Assembly (NCBI GenBank): GCA_964016885.1
Contig: OZ024742.1
Span: 279,372,001-279,436,000, forward strand
DNA length: 64,000 bases
Origin: Eledone cirrhosa
Lineage: Eukaryota
Direction of reading: 5' to 3'
The position numbers were made by a program, and so were the translations under genes. Below, in pieces: positions 43,013 to 58,169 of this stretch; positions within the stretch are counted from its first letter, which is position 1, and every line of letters starts with the position of its first letter. A model generated the notes under the pieces. The model was not told the DNA's origin and made no database searches. It worked only from the letters and a program-made list of their open reading frames with translations.

Positions 43013-46000
43013 TTAAACAGCTTGATTTCAGTACTTTTGCGATTCATCTTGGTAAAGTTGCAAAAATTCTAGCCAAAAGTATCCGGGCTTAGGATAAAGT
43101 ATACAATTCCTCTACCCAAATGTGGGGCCTGGGCAGTGCGCTCTTTCTCATCTGACTGAGATATATATATATATAAAATAATCGATTCTGAGATTTTACT
43201 ATTACTTGAATGTTCAAAGCAAATTTCTTCCTGACAAGGTTTGAACGATAAAAAACAGAGATGAGATTTATTAAACACATTTATTACTGGCTGGCATTTT
43301 GTCAGGCATTCTACAGTTTGTGCCAACTAACCACCCACAATAACATCAGACAAATAAATCTATATTGGTTTTATTGCTGACCAGAGAAAAATGTTCCATA
43401 TTTGAAGGAAAATCATTTTGAAATGGGGTCTATGTCACCCGTCATTGTTGTGGCTGTTATTGTTGTTGTTGAAGATGATGATGATAGTGTATTTGTTGTT
43501 TAGGGTCAAAGAAAACGTTATCGACGGAATATATTGTTAATATTTTATCAGGTATTCAGACCTAATGTCCATAAGCCCCAATTCTTTCAATCACTGCACC
43601 ATTCAACTTAATTTTTCAATCGGTATTGTGTGATTTGAATGAGATTTTGCTGTTATATTTAGCAGATAAAACATCCAAATAGAGGCGGTCCATCGCGAAA
43701 ATCCATCAACAGAGGCTTACAATTGGAGCCATCCTATGATTGTGTCCACTATGTATTAACATTAAATCTCGACTTCGTCTTTTATCTAAGTTGGTTGCTG
43801 TTATTTCTAGTAGATTTGGTGTTGCTGTTCTTCACTCAGAAATTTTATGATAAGAATTCCAAAAGTGACTCTATATTCGGTTATTCAGACGTTGTATACC
43901 TAGACCTTAGGAGACTGTGCGATTTGGAAGAGATTTGTGCCTCTATTTCAGACAAGACAATCATCCATATAAATACCCCATCACAATCATCTACATGGGC
44001 GCCTCAGCTTCTAGAAATTACAAAGTGTCTCCCATAAAAAATTCACCATTGTTAAAACAATGGATAAAATCACATAGGTTGGCCCTGGCTGGAATGTCTT
44101 GAATCATAAGTACGTTCTGTAAGAGTTGACTTGGTTCTAAACAACATCAGCAACAAAAAATGTATTCAATCATGAACGAACCCCGCTTCAGACAGTCTCT
44201 ACTCCGTAACACTACCCCACACCAGCATTGTAATCAGTCATACCTCCATCCAACTCCACTATCTATTTGCATATTAAATACTTAATACCGCCATTCCCCA
44301 CCTCTCTAGATAGTCATATGTACTGTCTACTTCCTCGAGAAAGCATACCACTCACCTCACCTTCACTACGGACAGCAGTCATCGAAAAACGGGAACAATA
44401 AGATCGCTATGGTTCTGTACATGCTGGCAACAATATTACCGAAAAGAGTATGATCACAACCGCACTATCGCCGACCCAATAGCACAACACCATTAACTCC
44501 ATCCTCGACACAATAACACAGTGCATCATCACCATACCATCACCACACCATCATCATATACACACCAGTACAACACCACATTATAAACGACACCACACCA
44601 TTACCATCCACAACATCCACCCCATCACAGACACCAGAAAAGCACCCAGCCACACATCGCCATCCCCATCATCTTGATTTCTAAATGAATCACCCCCATC
44701 ATCATCATGAAAGTGATAAACGTAATCAAATGCATTGTCATCGTCGTCATCATCATCATCATCATCATCACCACCACCAGCACAATCATCATCCTCATCA
44801 GCAGCACAACGACCAAGATCATCATCATCATCAACATCATCATCATTATCATCATCATTATCATGTTTTAAGTGTGGTATCATTTGCCAAACGTATTTCG
44901 TGTGCGTATAGGACACAACAAATATTGAAATTGTAATTCATCTGGTGCTACTGACCTATGTAATATTGTGAGTTGCATCTCCGTTGGTTCCGAAGACAAG
45001 TGTTTTCAGTAGTTTGAACAACAAGCCAGCCTGCTAGTGAAATTAATGTGCAAGTAGCGGAGGATTCCACTACCATATATACTCTTGACGCACCTCTCAA
45101 AGAAATTAAGCTTATCCCAAGTGTGTGAGAAAGTTAACCCCTTGAATTATATGTAAAACTAGTTTTTTTTTTAAATGGAAATAACTTGTTTACAATCACA
45201 TCAAATTTTCTTTCTAGAAACCGAACATATTCAATATGAAAATTTCTCAATGACTTGAAAAACAATTGACCTTATATAAAAATATTTGAACAGTATCTAA
45301 TAAAAAAAAAGGCACTATAAAAGGGAACAAAACATGTAGAAACGAGGCAAATGAAACGAAAAAAAAAAAAGAAAAAAAGGGTCAAGCAATAAAAGAAGAG
45401 AAGGGGGAGACGGGGAGGAATAGACACTACATCTTAGTGTGAGCGGTGACCCAGCCTCGTCCCGGGGACGAAATGACAAAGGAATTACCGCAGAAAATTG
45501 TCAGAGAACCTGCTGAAACAACCCTCACGGGGCCGCCTCCTCAAGCGGGCGGCTGCCTTTCCGACTTTAGGGAAGACATCAGCAGTGCGTACTCCAAGAA
45601 CACACGAGGGCTCGGCTAAGACCGGTGCTAAGGGAAAGCAGTCGGCCAGGCAGGCCCTGGTATTTAACTATCTTCTTCACATCATTGCGGTCGAAGCGAC
45701 AAAACTGGAGTTAGAGAACGAGTCACTGCACGTTGCATTCCAAATTAAGGATTTGCTAGCTGAGTGCTAGGGAGCAAAGTGAATTGAAGTGATGTGCTGA
45801 ATAGCACAACTCACCACCGGGAATAGAACTAACGACATTACGAATGTGAACAGAACACAAGAATCTCTAGAACACATCGCATTCACAGGTCTCCAATTCA
45901 TAGTAACTGCGATATTTATAATTGATTAAATACACGCATATTTCATGTATATGAATTATATATAGTATTTTTAGTTAAAGATAAACACGAATAAACTTCA

Positions 46001-46124
46001 ATACTGTATTACAAATACGGAAAGACGCACACACACGCACACACACACGCACACACTTTCAGCCTGTCTGTCTCTGTCTCTCTCTCTCCCTCTCAGTCAC
46101 ACATATACATCAACATACACATTA

Positions 46125-46163
<39 letters not shown>

Positions 46164-46166
<3 letters not shown>

Positions 46167-46875
46167 CTTTGATAACTTTGATAACTTTGATAGGTTTCGG
46201 CCAGTATTGGCCCAGGCCATGTCTTTCTTAATAGTACCACATGGCGAAGACTTACAAATCAGTGTTTGGGCACCATGGCCCACTCGAGAAGAGAGTTATT
46301 GTTTACGGACGCCTATCCGGGTGTAGGAGGCTTATCCGTGATTTCTTAAAGGAATTTATCCAAAGTCTTCTTGAACTTGATGGGGTCTCACTCTGCTTTT
46401 ATGTGTTTTGGTGTAATGTTAAAGCGAGCAGGGCCAATTCAGGTGAAATAATTGTGCCGTATTGTTGTTATGAGATGCGAGTGAGATTTTTGTCGTGGGC
46501 GGATAGCACGTGGCCCAAGCCTTGGGTGTACATTAAAGGTGATGCCAACATTTTTTGGGCAAAGCTGATGGAATATTTTCCACATCACGGTGACGTTGGA
46601 GAGAATAATAGTTGAGCTTTTCTACTCGACTCCAATAGACAAGGCCTGTCATGCCATCTATCTTTTTTGTAATTGACCTTTGGGGTGTTTCAACTTTCAC
46701 GGTACTTTGTTTCGTGCGGTGAGACCACAGTAGACAACATTATTCAAGTTGGGGTCGTGCAAAAGTGGAGAAGAGAAGGATAACAGTGTGGATATCTCTC
46801 GACTGGAAAGTTTCAGAGAATCTAGAAACACATTCTGCGGGACATATCAACTTTGCTGTTTATATGAGTGGCCCA
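46164..46875 (-). mobile_element. CR1-group LINE 3' fragment
   Basis: Manual minus-strand translation gives FARPQLE*CCLLWS..ETPQRSITKKIDGM..YWSRVEKLNYYSLQRHR..FKKTLDKFL. The tail is a 9-bp tandem repeat (ataactttg)x3. Confidence 0.75.
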
Positions 46876-46894
46876 AATATATATATATTAATGA

Positions 46895-46971
<77 letters not shown>

Positions 46972-46979
46972 TTAATATA

Positions 46980-47091
<112 letters not shown>

Positions 47092-47096
47092 CATTA

Positions 47097-47129
<33 letters not shown>

Positions 47130-47165
47130 CATAAATATATATATATATGTAAGAATATTTGAAAT

Positions 47166-47673
<508 letters not shown>

Positions 47674-47842
47674 AATGGAGGTGTAACACACGATTTGTGA
47701 TATATTAATAAAAGGAAATGAAAATGCTGACAAATTGTTCCCAGTGAAAAATAGTTTAATTAGAAATAAGTAAAAATTAGTAATAAGTATTGGTTAGTAT
47801 TCAGATTTAGTTTTAAGTTTTCAATACATATGTATATATACA

Positions 47843-47906
<64 letters not shown>

Positions 47907-48010
47907 TGTATATATGTATATATACATATATCTATATATATATCTATATATATAGAGAGAGAAAGAGAGATGTGTGAGAGGGAGAGAGAGAGGGGGAGAT
48001 ATAGAGAGAG

Positions 48011-48067
<57 letters not shown>

Positions 48068-48295
48068 CTGGAGTTCGTATATGGAAGCTGGTTTGTGTGT
48101 GTAAACGAAGCGGAGCCGAATATAAAGCATCTAGTTATGGATTATAAATTATATAAGAGGAGAAAATTGTAATTAAATATAAATTTCATTGAAATCTATA
48201 TACATCCGACAGTAGTAGAGTAGAAAGAGCTCACTATACCAGACCAGCAACTATATGTATATATATATATGTGTGTGTGTATGTATGTATGTATA

Positions 48296-48351
<56 letters not shown>

Positions 48352-48745
48352 CACATATATATATATAAATATATATGTATATATATGTGTGTGTGTGTGG
48401 GTGTGCTTGTATGAATGTGCGTGAATACACATTGACATATGCATGCGGGCACATGCTCACATGCACATATTGATGATTGTATTTTAGACATAAAAGCGCA
48501 CTCATGTACATTCAATAGGGTGTAGTGAGATTGAGCTTCACATATACAGGTCAATATACATATTGATATACGAATATACAGCCTAAATCATATTCACAAT
48601 ATTACATAAATGCGGGCAGTAACATACATATACATACACATACTTATGGAGAAATTTAGCAATATATTTATATCAATGCCTGTCCTTATATATATATATA
48701 TATATATTGTCTCCCTCATATCAAGAATTTGAGGACAATTCATTT

Positions 48746-48819
48746 TCACCTGATGAGATCAGTGATAATCGATCCTGTCTTCACAATCGATTTATCTCTT
48801 ATTGAAACATATGTCGTGA
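48746..48819 (+). ncRNA. Type I hammerhead motif in a ~155-bp island (48708-48862) between two (TA)n tracts
   Basis: tcac-CTGATGA-gat..gataatcgat/atcgatttatc..att-GAAA-catat-GTC-gtga, with palindromic stem III ACATATGT. Confidence 0.8.
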
Positions 48820-48860
48820 TTAAATGTTTGGAATTTTACCTTGCCTGCGGATTTTCAATT

Positions 48861-48934
<74 letters not shown>

Positions 48935-49065
48935 GTGAGGTTTTTTTTACAAAATGAAAAATAACCGAGGTGTCCTACACGAGTGGAAGTATAAAGAAAA
49001 AGAGATGAAATCGAAAATGCAACTGAACTCTTATTATTTTTAAAAATATATATATTTATTTGGTT

Positions 49066-49103
49066 CCTTTACCAGTTTCGCAGTTCTTCTGCTTTTCAAA
49101 AGG
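49066..49103 (-). ncRNA. 38-nt minimal hammerhead, U3:A8 variant
   Basis: Minus strand reads cctt-TTGAAAA-gcag-aagaa-ctgc-GAAA-ctgg-TA-aagg. It lies within a (TA)n-flanked island at 48928-49345. Confidence 0.7.
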
Positions 49104-49364
49104 TGAGTTGAGATGGAGGGTCTGCGGTTTTTCTCACATCTGGTTGGTCTCTGAATGTTACTTGTTTTATATGGAAAAAGTGGCTCGAAAGCCAGGTTTT
49201 TCGAGAAGTAATTTGATGGGTTTGTCAATAATTATAATAAATTTCGCGCCAGTTCGCGTTACAATAGTTCTTCAAATAAGAGAGGGCGGGTTGTCACAGG
49301 TTGTTTTTTCATATATGAGTGTTTGAATTTCTTTTTACTTGAAAAATATATATTTATATATATA

Positions 49365-49574
<210 letters not shown>

Positions 49575-49614
49575 TATGGTCCACCTGGTTCCTTACCACA
49601 TTTCCTTCGTTATA

Positions 49615-49656
<42 letters not shown>

Positions 49657-49799
49657 AGTTGTAATATAATGAAACGAAATTTCATTTCTCACTCTTAGTA
49701 TGGCACTTACTTAAATGTAAGTATGTATGTATACGTACATACATATATGTATACAGACGTACAGTACCATGCATATATATATGTGTACCTGTATGTATG

Positions 49800-49871
<72 letters not shown>

Positions 49872-49923
49872 TGGTACTGTACGTCTGTATACATATATCT
49901 ATGTACGTATACATACATACTTA

Positions 49924-50885
<962 letters not shown>

Positions 50886-50920
50886 CCTATGCATACACAT
50901 ATATGTATATATATATGTAA

Positions 50921-51012
<92 letters not shown>

Positions 51013-51057
51013 ATATATATACCTGTGCATACATACATATATATGTATATATGTAAG

Positions 51058-51090
<33 letters not shown>

Positions 51091-51436
51091 CTTACATGTA
51101 TATATATATATTTATATACATATAAATTTATATATATATATATTTATATATATGCATATATGTATACATGTATATATATATATATAGTAATAATAATAAA
51201 ATTGAAGACTAAAATCCAAAGAGGGCTCGATAAGGAAAATATATATAAAATATATAAGAACCTCAGAGCAAATATTTATTAAAGTAACAGATTAAAGTTT
51301 AAGCAAAGAATCGCTGCTTTCACCCTTAACGGGATCTTCTGAAACTAACAAAGTCAATCTGTAAACGCAGAACTGTATATTTCAAAAAACGTTGCAACTG
51401 GAGGAAGACAGGAAGACGATACTTTGGTTCGTGGTA

Positions 51437-51705
51437 ACGTTCGCTGGCAAAGAACGGGAAAAAATGAATAATACGTCATTAATAGGAGCGGTGAAAAACA
51501 ATTACGCGCAAAGACAGAACCACGTTTATGGTATAAAAGAGGTCGTAGACTAATGTTCTCTAAGGTGGTGCATAGAGACGTTCTCTGGCAATGAAGGAAA
51601 AAACGAAGATAATAAGTCGTATGTGGAGCGTGGAGAACAATAACACGCAAAGACAAAACCACGTAAATGGTATAGCAGAAGTCGTAGACTAAAATTCTAA
51701 CTAGG
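51437..51705 (+). repeat. Two diverged tandem copies of a ~140-bp unit
   Basis: acgttc.ctggcaa..gcaaagaca.aaccacgt..atggtata..aga.gtcgtagactaa is repeated at a ~140-bp offset. Confidence 0.7.
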
Positions 51706-52801
51706 AGACCAAATGAATCTCCGCTACAGAGTTAAGAACAAAGTAAATAAATACCATACAGAAGTAATAGAAACAAATAAATACATACCGCAAACAGATA
51801 CGTACATACACAAGCATACGCAAAACCTTACCATAGGTATACAAAACCACGCACATATAAATATGTGTGTGTGTGTATGCTTGTGTACAAATAAATAAAT
51901 AATTATATAAACGTATATAAGTAAATAAATACGTATATAACAAGCGGACATGCATACCTACATATAAATACACGAATGTTCGGAGACGTAAGTCAACTAA
52001 AACAAGAAGTACACATATACACACACACACCATACGTACGAACCTGCATACTCACGCAGACGCAAAACTGCCGTATACACATAGCCAAACGCTAAATACC
52101 AGAATATGTAAACATGATACGCCATAACAGTCAAATATACGTACGAGAAGGTATACATACCTTCACAAAACATACGGGTAATATATACTTACCTATGCAA
52201 ATAAGTAAAGGAATAAACAAAACATATACTTAGCTCCCACATCAAGACGTAAAATATCCACGTATAGATCGTGCTATCCATTAGGGTATAACGTGGGGCT
52301 GTAATACAGGAGGGTGTACGTTGAGATGCGTGGCGTATTTAAGACTGTAACGTGTAGAGGAATGAAGGAAAGATCGTAAAGGATAAAAATAAAAATAACA
52401 ACACGAGAAAGAGTTACCTTGGGAGAGATTTAATTGTCCGTATATATTTCGGATTCACATCCATCAACTGGGTTTTTTCCGGGGGTGGGGGGAAGGTTGT
52501 CTGTCAGAAAGGTGTGAAACGTGTCCTCCACACATCCTCATTTGTCTACCATACACACCCGCAACCTTATCCCGCATGTCCCCTCTGTCTACCCTAACCT
52601 ACAACCTCACGCCAAATTCGACCCTGTAAATGTACTGTCGCGCGCACAAACCACCACCGTTTCAATTTCGTTTCATTTTTTCCGTTTATCGTTTTCGGTG
52701 CACCCGGCCGATTAACCCACTCGATATGCAAATTGGGTTACTCAGCCGTTAATATGCATAAGGTAAGTATATACGTTCAACAATCTGGCAGGAAGGTATA
52801 C

Positions 52802-52840
52802 GTTGCTGACGATAACTAATAAGCTTGAAACTAGTACAGC
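52802..52840 (+). ncRNA. Minimal type I hammerhead motif
   Basis: gttg-CTGACGA-taactaataagctt-GAAA-ctag-TA-cagc, with palindromic stem III ACTAGT. Stem II is imperfect. Confidence 0.6.
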
Positions 52841-53097
52841 ATTCCTTTGTCAGTGTTGAACAAACGAGCAACGATGGTTGCTGGACACTACGGCTTAATA
52901 CGGGATATTTGTTTACAAACACACCGAGCATTATAATAAAAGTTCGGTGAATCCATACGTACATATATATATGTGTGCATGTATGTATATATATATACAT
53001 ATATGTATTTACGTGTACATACTTATATTTAAGTAACAGCCGTACTAAGAGTGGGAAATGAAATTTCGTTTCATTTTTTCCGTTTATATATATACAT

Positions 53098-53400
53098 ATA
53101 TAACAAAGGAAATGTAGTAAGGAACCAGATGGACCATAACGCACCAGAGTACTCAATATATATACCACATTTCCCTGTTATATATATATATATATATATA
53201 TATATAGGAACAAGTAAGACCCCGACGGCTGAGCTCAAGCCGTTTCGACGGCTAATTCTGTGAGAATTAGCCGTCGAAACGGCTTCAGCTCAGCCGTCGG
53301 GGTCTTACCTGTTCCTATTACCCACTCTACTACCCTAAGTATTGAGTACTTTGGTGCGTTATGGTCCACCTGGTTCCTTGCCACATTTCCTTCGTTATAT
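53098..53400. mobile_element. Tail-out palindrome of a ~140-bp repeat within (TA)n
   Basis: The arms mirror around 53260 (gacggctaattct-gtg-agaattagccgtc). The left arm is interrupted by (TA)n. Confidence 0.8.
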
Positions 53401-53406
53401 ATATAC

Positions 53407-53491
<85 letters not shown>

Positions 53492-53640
53492 TTTCTTCAG
53501 GTTTGTTGGTTCACCACTGGATAGAATTGGTCATTTCGCATGGTCAATCTTGGTGTAATATTGTGGAGAGTACTCAACGTAGTGCAGTTCACCCATCTTC
53601 GTTTGTGTAGTTGGTGGTGCGAATACGGAGTTAATTATAG

Positions 53641-54140
53641 ATGAAATAAAATAACAGGAGGCTGGACTGGTGTAAATCCTTGAAAGGTTTATTATACTAT
53701 GATCATTTCAATGACTGGGCTACATATGGATCCGGTGATATCATCAGGTATTGGAATATAACAAAGGAATATGTAAAAAAACATGGGTGTGAAAAATCTG
53801 AGACAGAGACAAAGAGGACGATTGACCAACTAGCTGCCTTTATCTCGGCCAGTCGCCCTCAAAGTGGTGGCAACTGAATCTACTAATGAACATCTAGTGA
53901 GCGGGCGAAAGCTTATAATGCACTACAACCTCTCCGTCAAAGAAAAAGGGGAAGACAGAAAGAAAGGAAGAAAGAAGTCAGCGTAAGGGTCACACTACAT
54001 GCATGCTTGAAATGCTGCGAAAAAAACGCTATTCCAAAGGATCTATAATGGGTGTCTGTATAGTCTAACGTGTGAACCGAAGATTGGAACGTTAAACTTA
54101 TGTTGCGAGTTATAGGATGAAATTAAATTAAATTAAAAAT
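53641..54140 (-). mobile_element. ~490-bp non-coding PLE-terminus-like repeat with hammerhead; inverted copy at 57600-58068
   Basis: The two copies align along their full length. Confidence 0.8.
53694..53751 (-). ncRNA. Type I hammerhead motif
   Basis: Minus strand reads atac-CTGATGA-tatc...catt-GAAA-tgatca-TA-gtat, with palindromic stem III ATGATCAT. The base of stem II is weak. Confidence 0.65.
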
Positions 54141-54883
54141 ATTAAATTGCAAAATGATAAATTGAAAAATAAATTATTAGAAAATAAAGGTTAAGGTAGC
54201 GATATTTATTTAATGAACTTACGGAGAGAGTCTTACATGAACAAATTTATCTCGATAAGATATTAGGATGGGATATAGAGTAAAGATTTTTATTGCGAGT
54301 CCCAGCCAGCACCCCCCCCCCCCTACCATGAGTCAGCTAGTTTCGAGTGGTATCGTCCAGCGAAAGAAATGGAAATTCATTTTTCCGAGTACTCTAGGAA
54401 CGTAGCTACCTTAGGCCCCGGGAGCGCTAGCGGGAAGTCTACAATTTCGACAGGCCATCGTCTATACCAAAAGAATATTATTAAATCACACATGAGGGGT
54501 TTATTTACGTGCCAGTGAGGCATGATACAGCTAATAGTTATGCCTAAACCTGGAGTTTATAGGTATAAGTATAATATGGCGGCCAAAACAGGCGGCGCCG
54601 TGGAACCGGGGCAAAGCAACCCGCTCCGAGTAATTTCGTTTACCGAAAGAGGAGAAATTTATTTTTCCGAAAACTCAAGGAAGGCTGAACTTTCCGAGTG
54701 CCCAGCGCGCAGCCGTGAAAAAGCCACCACATTAGCCGAAGGAAAGCAACCCAATGAAAAGTGTAAATAGACCAAAATTATTTTAAAGTCCCAGTTAGTC
54801 CGGGTTATACGTAGTGTGGTTCTTAGGTGGGTAGGGGTCTATGAAAAGTGCATAATGACCTGAGTAAGGTAAGTTACAAAAAA

Positions 54884-55068
54884 ATAATTGTTTCTACTTT
54901 AGGCACAAGGCCAGCAAATACCCAGTGCATTACTGGTACTTTATTTTATCGACCCCGTAAGGATGAAAGGTAAAGTCAACCTCGGCGGGATTTGAACTCA
55001 GATCGTAAAGGGACGTAACTATGCTGGAAAGCATGGCGTCCGACCCTCTACCGATACTGCCAATCCAC
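54884..55068 (-). mobile_element. Young full-length SINE family A with TSD
   Basis: Close to consensus; caaaaaaataat is present at both flanks. Confidence 0.92.
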
Positions 55069-55363
55069 AAAAAAATAATAAAAGCAGGATACAAAGATAA
55101 AATACAAACATAAAGATAGAATACATTGATAAAAATACATTAATAAAATAATAAAAAAAATACATAAATAAAATAATAAAAAAAAAATTAATAAAGGTAA
55201 ATACCTAGGGATGTAGAAAGACGGAAGTATATAAGAACGTATCGGAGGAATGACAGTATAGGGGAAATACAATATAGATCAAGTTGTAGTAAGATAATAC
55301 AGGTTGTACATATAGATATATAGGGATGGAGGAGATGGAATGGTAACAGGTTGCACCTAGTGT

Positions 55364-55456
55364 AAAGTTCGGGTCTCCGAATTCAGTGTGAGTCACACAA
55401 AATCCTGAGGTATAGGACTTTTTGTGACTCACACTGAATTCGGAGACCCGAACTTT
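55364..55456. repeat. 93-bp hairpin with 34-bp perfect arms
   Basis: aaagttcgggtctccgaattcagtgtgagtcaca / tgtgactcacactgaattcggagacccgaacttt. Confidence 0.9.
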
Positions 55457-56697
55457 GTGATAGTGATATAGATACAGAGACATAACTCTTATTGCAGCCG
55501 CTAAATGTGCAGTGAATTAAGTTACAACTGCTACTATAGTTACTACTCATTCTTTTCACCCGAGGAGATGCAAGTGTTCTGTTTGTGAGTAGATGCTACC
55601 GTTTCACGTGTAAATGTTTCAACATGGATGCATACTAGCAACGGATACAAAGAAAGGAAACTGTAAAGAATTAAAACCTTACGAGTAGTTTTCCATATTC
55701 AGTATGTCCTTCTTAACATATTTTGTAAATCAATTGATGTTTTTTGTTTTGTTTTGTTTGTTTGTTTGTTTCTAAATCTTTCTATATTTTGTTTTATTTC
55801 GGATATACGGCTAACAAATAACTATATCTTAGAATTTTGAAGTGTAACTTACACTGCTAAATTGATAAATTGATAGATTCAATCTTGTTGATATTATTTT
55901 TGGCATTGCTGTTTTTTTATTAAAAATAGGCCTTTAGTAAAATAGGATATGCATTGTAAATTATAAATCAATTTCTTTATTAAAATAAATAAACCCATGT
56001 TTGTCTAAAGCATTGGAGAATGGGAAACGCACTGAATAACATGCGATTTATTTAAATGAAGGAAATCTATGAAAGGACTTAATATAATTTCAAAGAATGC
56101 TGCAAAATCAAAGAAAAAGATAATCATACTAGACGAGGCAGAGGGAGATTACGTAATGAAGTATTTCAAAACTGGGAAGTATGATTTGACAGTGTCATTC
56201 AAAGCAAATTTATGTGATAGTTTTATATAATGGAAATAGCAGTCAAAATCTCTTTGTCTTTAAAAAAGGGGAAGGGAGAAATTGATAAGGTGGTTTTCAT
56301 TGTAGGTCAATCAATAGACGACAATAAGATCATCACAGTCAATGAACCTATCATCAACATCACCACTATCAACATATTCATCATAATTATAATCAACATC
56401 AACATCAGCAGTAGCAGCCACACAATCATCATTATCATCAATGTCATCGTCGTTATCATCAACAACCTCATCAACAGCGACAATAATAATCCGTAATTCA
56501 ATACTGGATTTAAATGACTGGAGTCGATAGCTCTCTATGGAAATAACGCTAATCAGCCCATGTACATGTGGATCAAATCTATGTTTTCGCTATATTTAGT
56601 TCCAGCAGAGAGAAGGATGTTGGGGCACTTTCTTGATAACTAATAGAGTCATAAATGACGTCGTCATCAGCTACCGACACTTTGCTTCTGCTTGAAT

Positions 56698-56713
56698 TCG
56701 CTAGATGGCGCTA
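56698..56713 (+). promoter_or_regulatory. Candidate CTCF-type site
   Basis: TCGCTAGATGGCGCTA matches the CTAGATGGCGC core, in non-repetitive-looking sequence. Confidence 0.4.
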
Positions 56714-57294
56714 CGCAAACAATTTCCAAATTCATAGCTGAAGGCTAGATATACAACATACGCATACTTATTTCAATACAGGTATGTTAGAGTAAACGCC
56801 TTAATTATATATATATGGATAGATAGATTTTAAAACGTCAAAGAGAGTGATGTAGCATATCTACTAATTTTATTTGCATATTACAATTGTTTCGATATTG
56901 ATCAGCTCAGGTTACAATCAATGTGACGGGGCCCGATTCCATTAAATCTATTTACACTCTGCACACTACAGCAATAAGACTGAAAAACAATCCAAACCAA
57001 ACGGACCAATTAACAGCATGACGTGCTTCGCTGGCGTGCCACCTGTAACACTTGTTATACACTTAAATAACATATATACATATATATGTGTGTGTGTGTG
57101 TGTGGTGCATGTGCGTGTGTATATATATATATTTAATATAAAAATGACTTCTACAGGACTAGAGTTGTTTCATTCGAAATAAATCACTAGGAAGCCCTGA
57201 AGATTTCTCCTAAATGAAATAGTTCTAGTCCTGTAGAAGCCATTTCTCTATCAAATATTTATACTCTGCTATATATTGAGTACCTTGCTGTGGT

Positions 57295-57387
<93 letters not shown>

Positions 57388-57599
57388 CAAATGGAAACTA
57401 TATTTATAAAACCATATTTATTTCATTATACATATTTCAAGGACACCAAGTTAAATTATGGTGTGCTTTCATCAGATAAAATATAATATAGACCAGTTTT
57501 ATAAATAAATACTGACATACCCTTAAAGAATGCGACTATTTCTGTTGGAAGCTCCCGGATATATATATATGTATGTATATATTAAATTAAATTAAAAAA

Positions 57600-58068
57600 T
57601 GTTTAATTTAATTTAATTTCATCCTATAACTCACAACATAAGTTTAACGTTCCAATCTTCGGTTCACACATTAGACCATACAGACACCCATTATAGATTC
57701 TTTGGGGTAGCATTTTTTTGCGGCATTTTCTAGCATGAATGTAGTATGACCCTTACACTACACTTCTTACTCCCTTTCTTTCTTCCCCATTTTTCTTTGA
57801 CGGAGTGGTGGTAGTGCATTATAAGCCTTCACCCACTCACCAGTTATTCATTAGTAGCTTCAGTTGCCAACACTCTGAGGGCGACTGGCCGAGACATGGT
57901 TGGTCAGGCGACCTCTCTGTATCTGTCTCTGATTTTTCGGACCCATGGTTTTTTTACATATTCCTTTGTTATATTCCAATACCTGTTGATATCACCGGAT
58001 TCATATAGAACCCGTTCATTGAAATGATCATAGTATACACCAGTCCAGCCTCCTGTTATTTTATTTCG
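57600..58068 (+). mobile_element. Inverted copy of 53641-54140; HHR (57979-58036) with a core mutation, CTGTTGA
   Basis: atac-CTGTTGA-tatc...catt-GAAA-tgatca-TA-gtat. Confidence 0.8.
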
Positions 58069-58072
58069 TATA

Positions 58073-58106
<34 letters not shown>

Positions 58107-58169
58107 CATATATATTTCGTTTCTGAATTTGTTTAGCAAGATTCTTTATCTGAAAACGTGTGTTGAAAC

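Noticed and set aside
45430-45790. GC-richer segment with a 90-aa ORF
   Set aside because: No recognisable domain; it may be a retroelement 5' fragment but cannot be classified.
46190-46230. ggcc..ggcc-GAAAC hairpin resembling half an HHR
   Set aside because: It lacks CUGANGA and is the 3' stem-loop of the CR1-like LINE.
51437-51705. Repeat-spacer (CRISPR-like) reading of tandem units
   Set aside because: Only two diverged whole-unit copies, in a eukaryotic context with no cas genes.
56625-56675. Minus-strand CTGATGA...GAAA (similar cases at 31215-31265, 13772 and 20173)
   Set aside because: No stem III or NUH triplet; these are chance matches.
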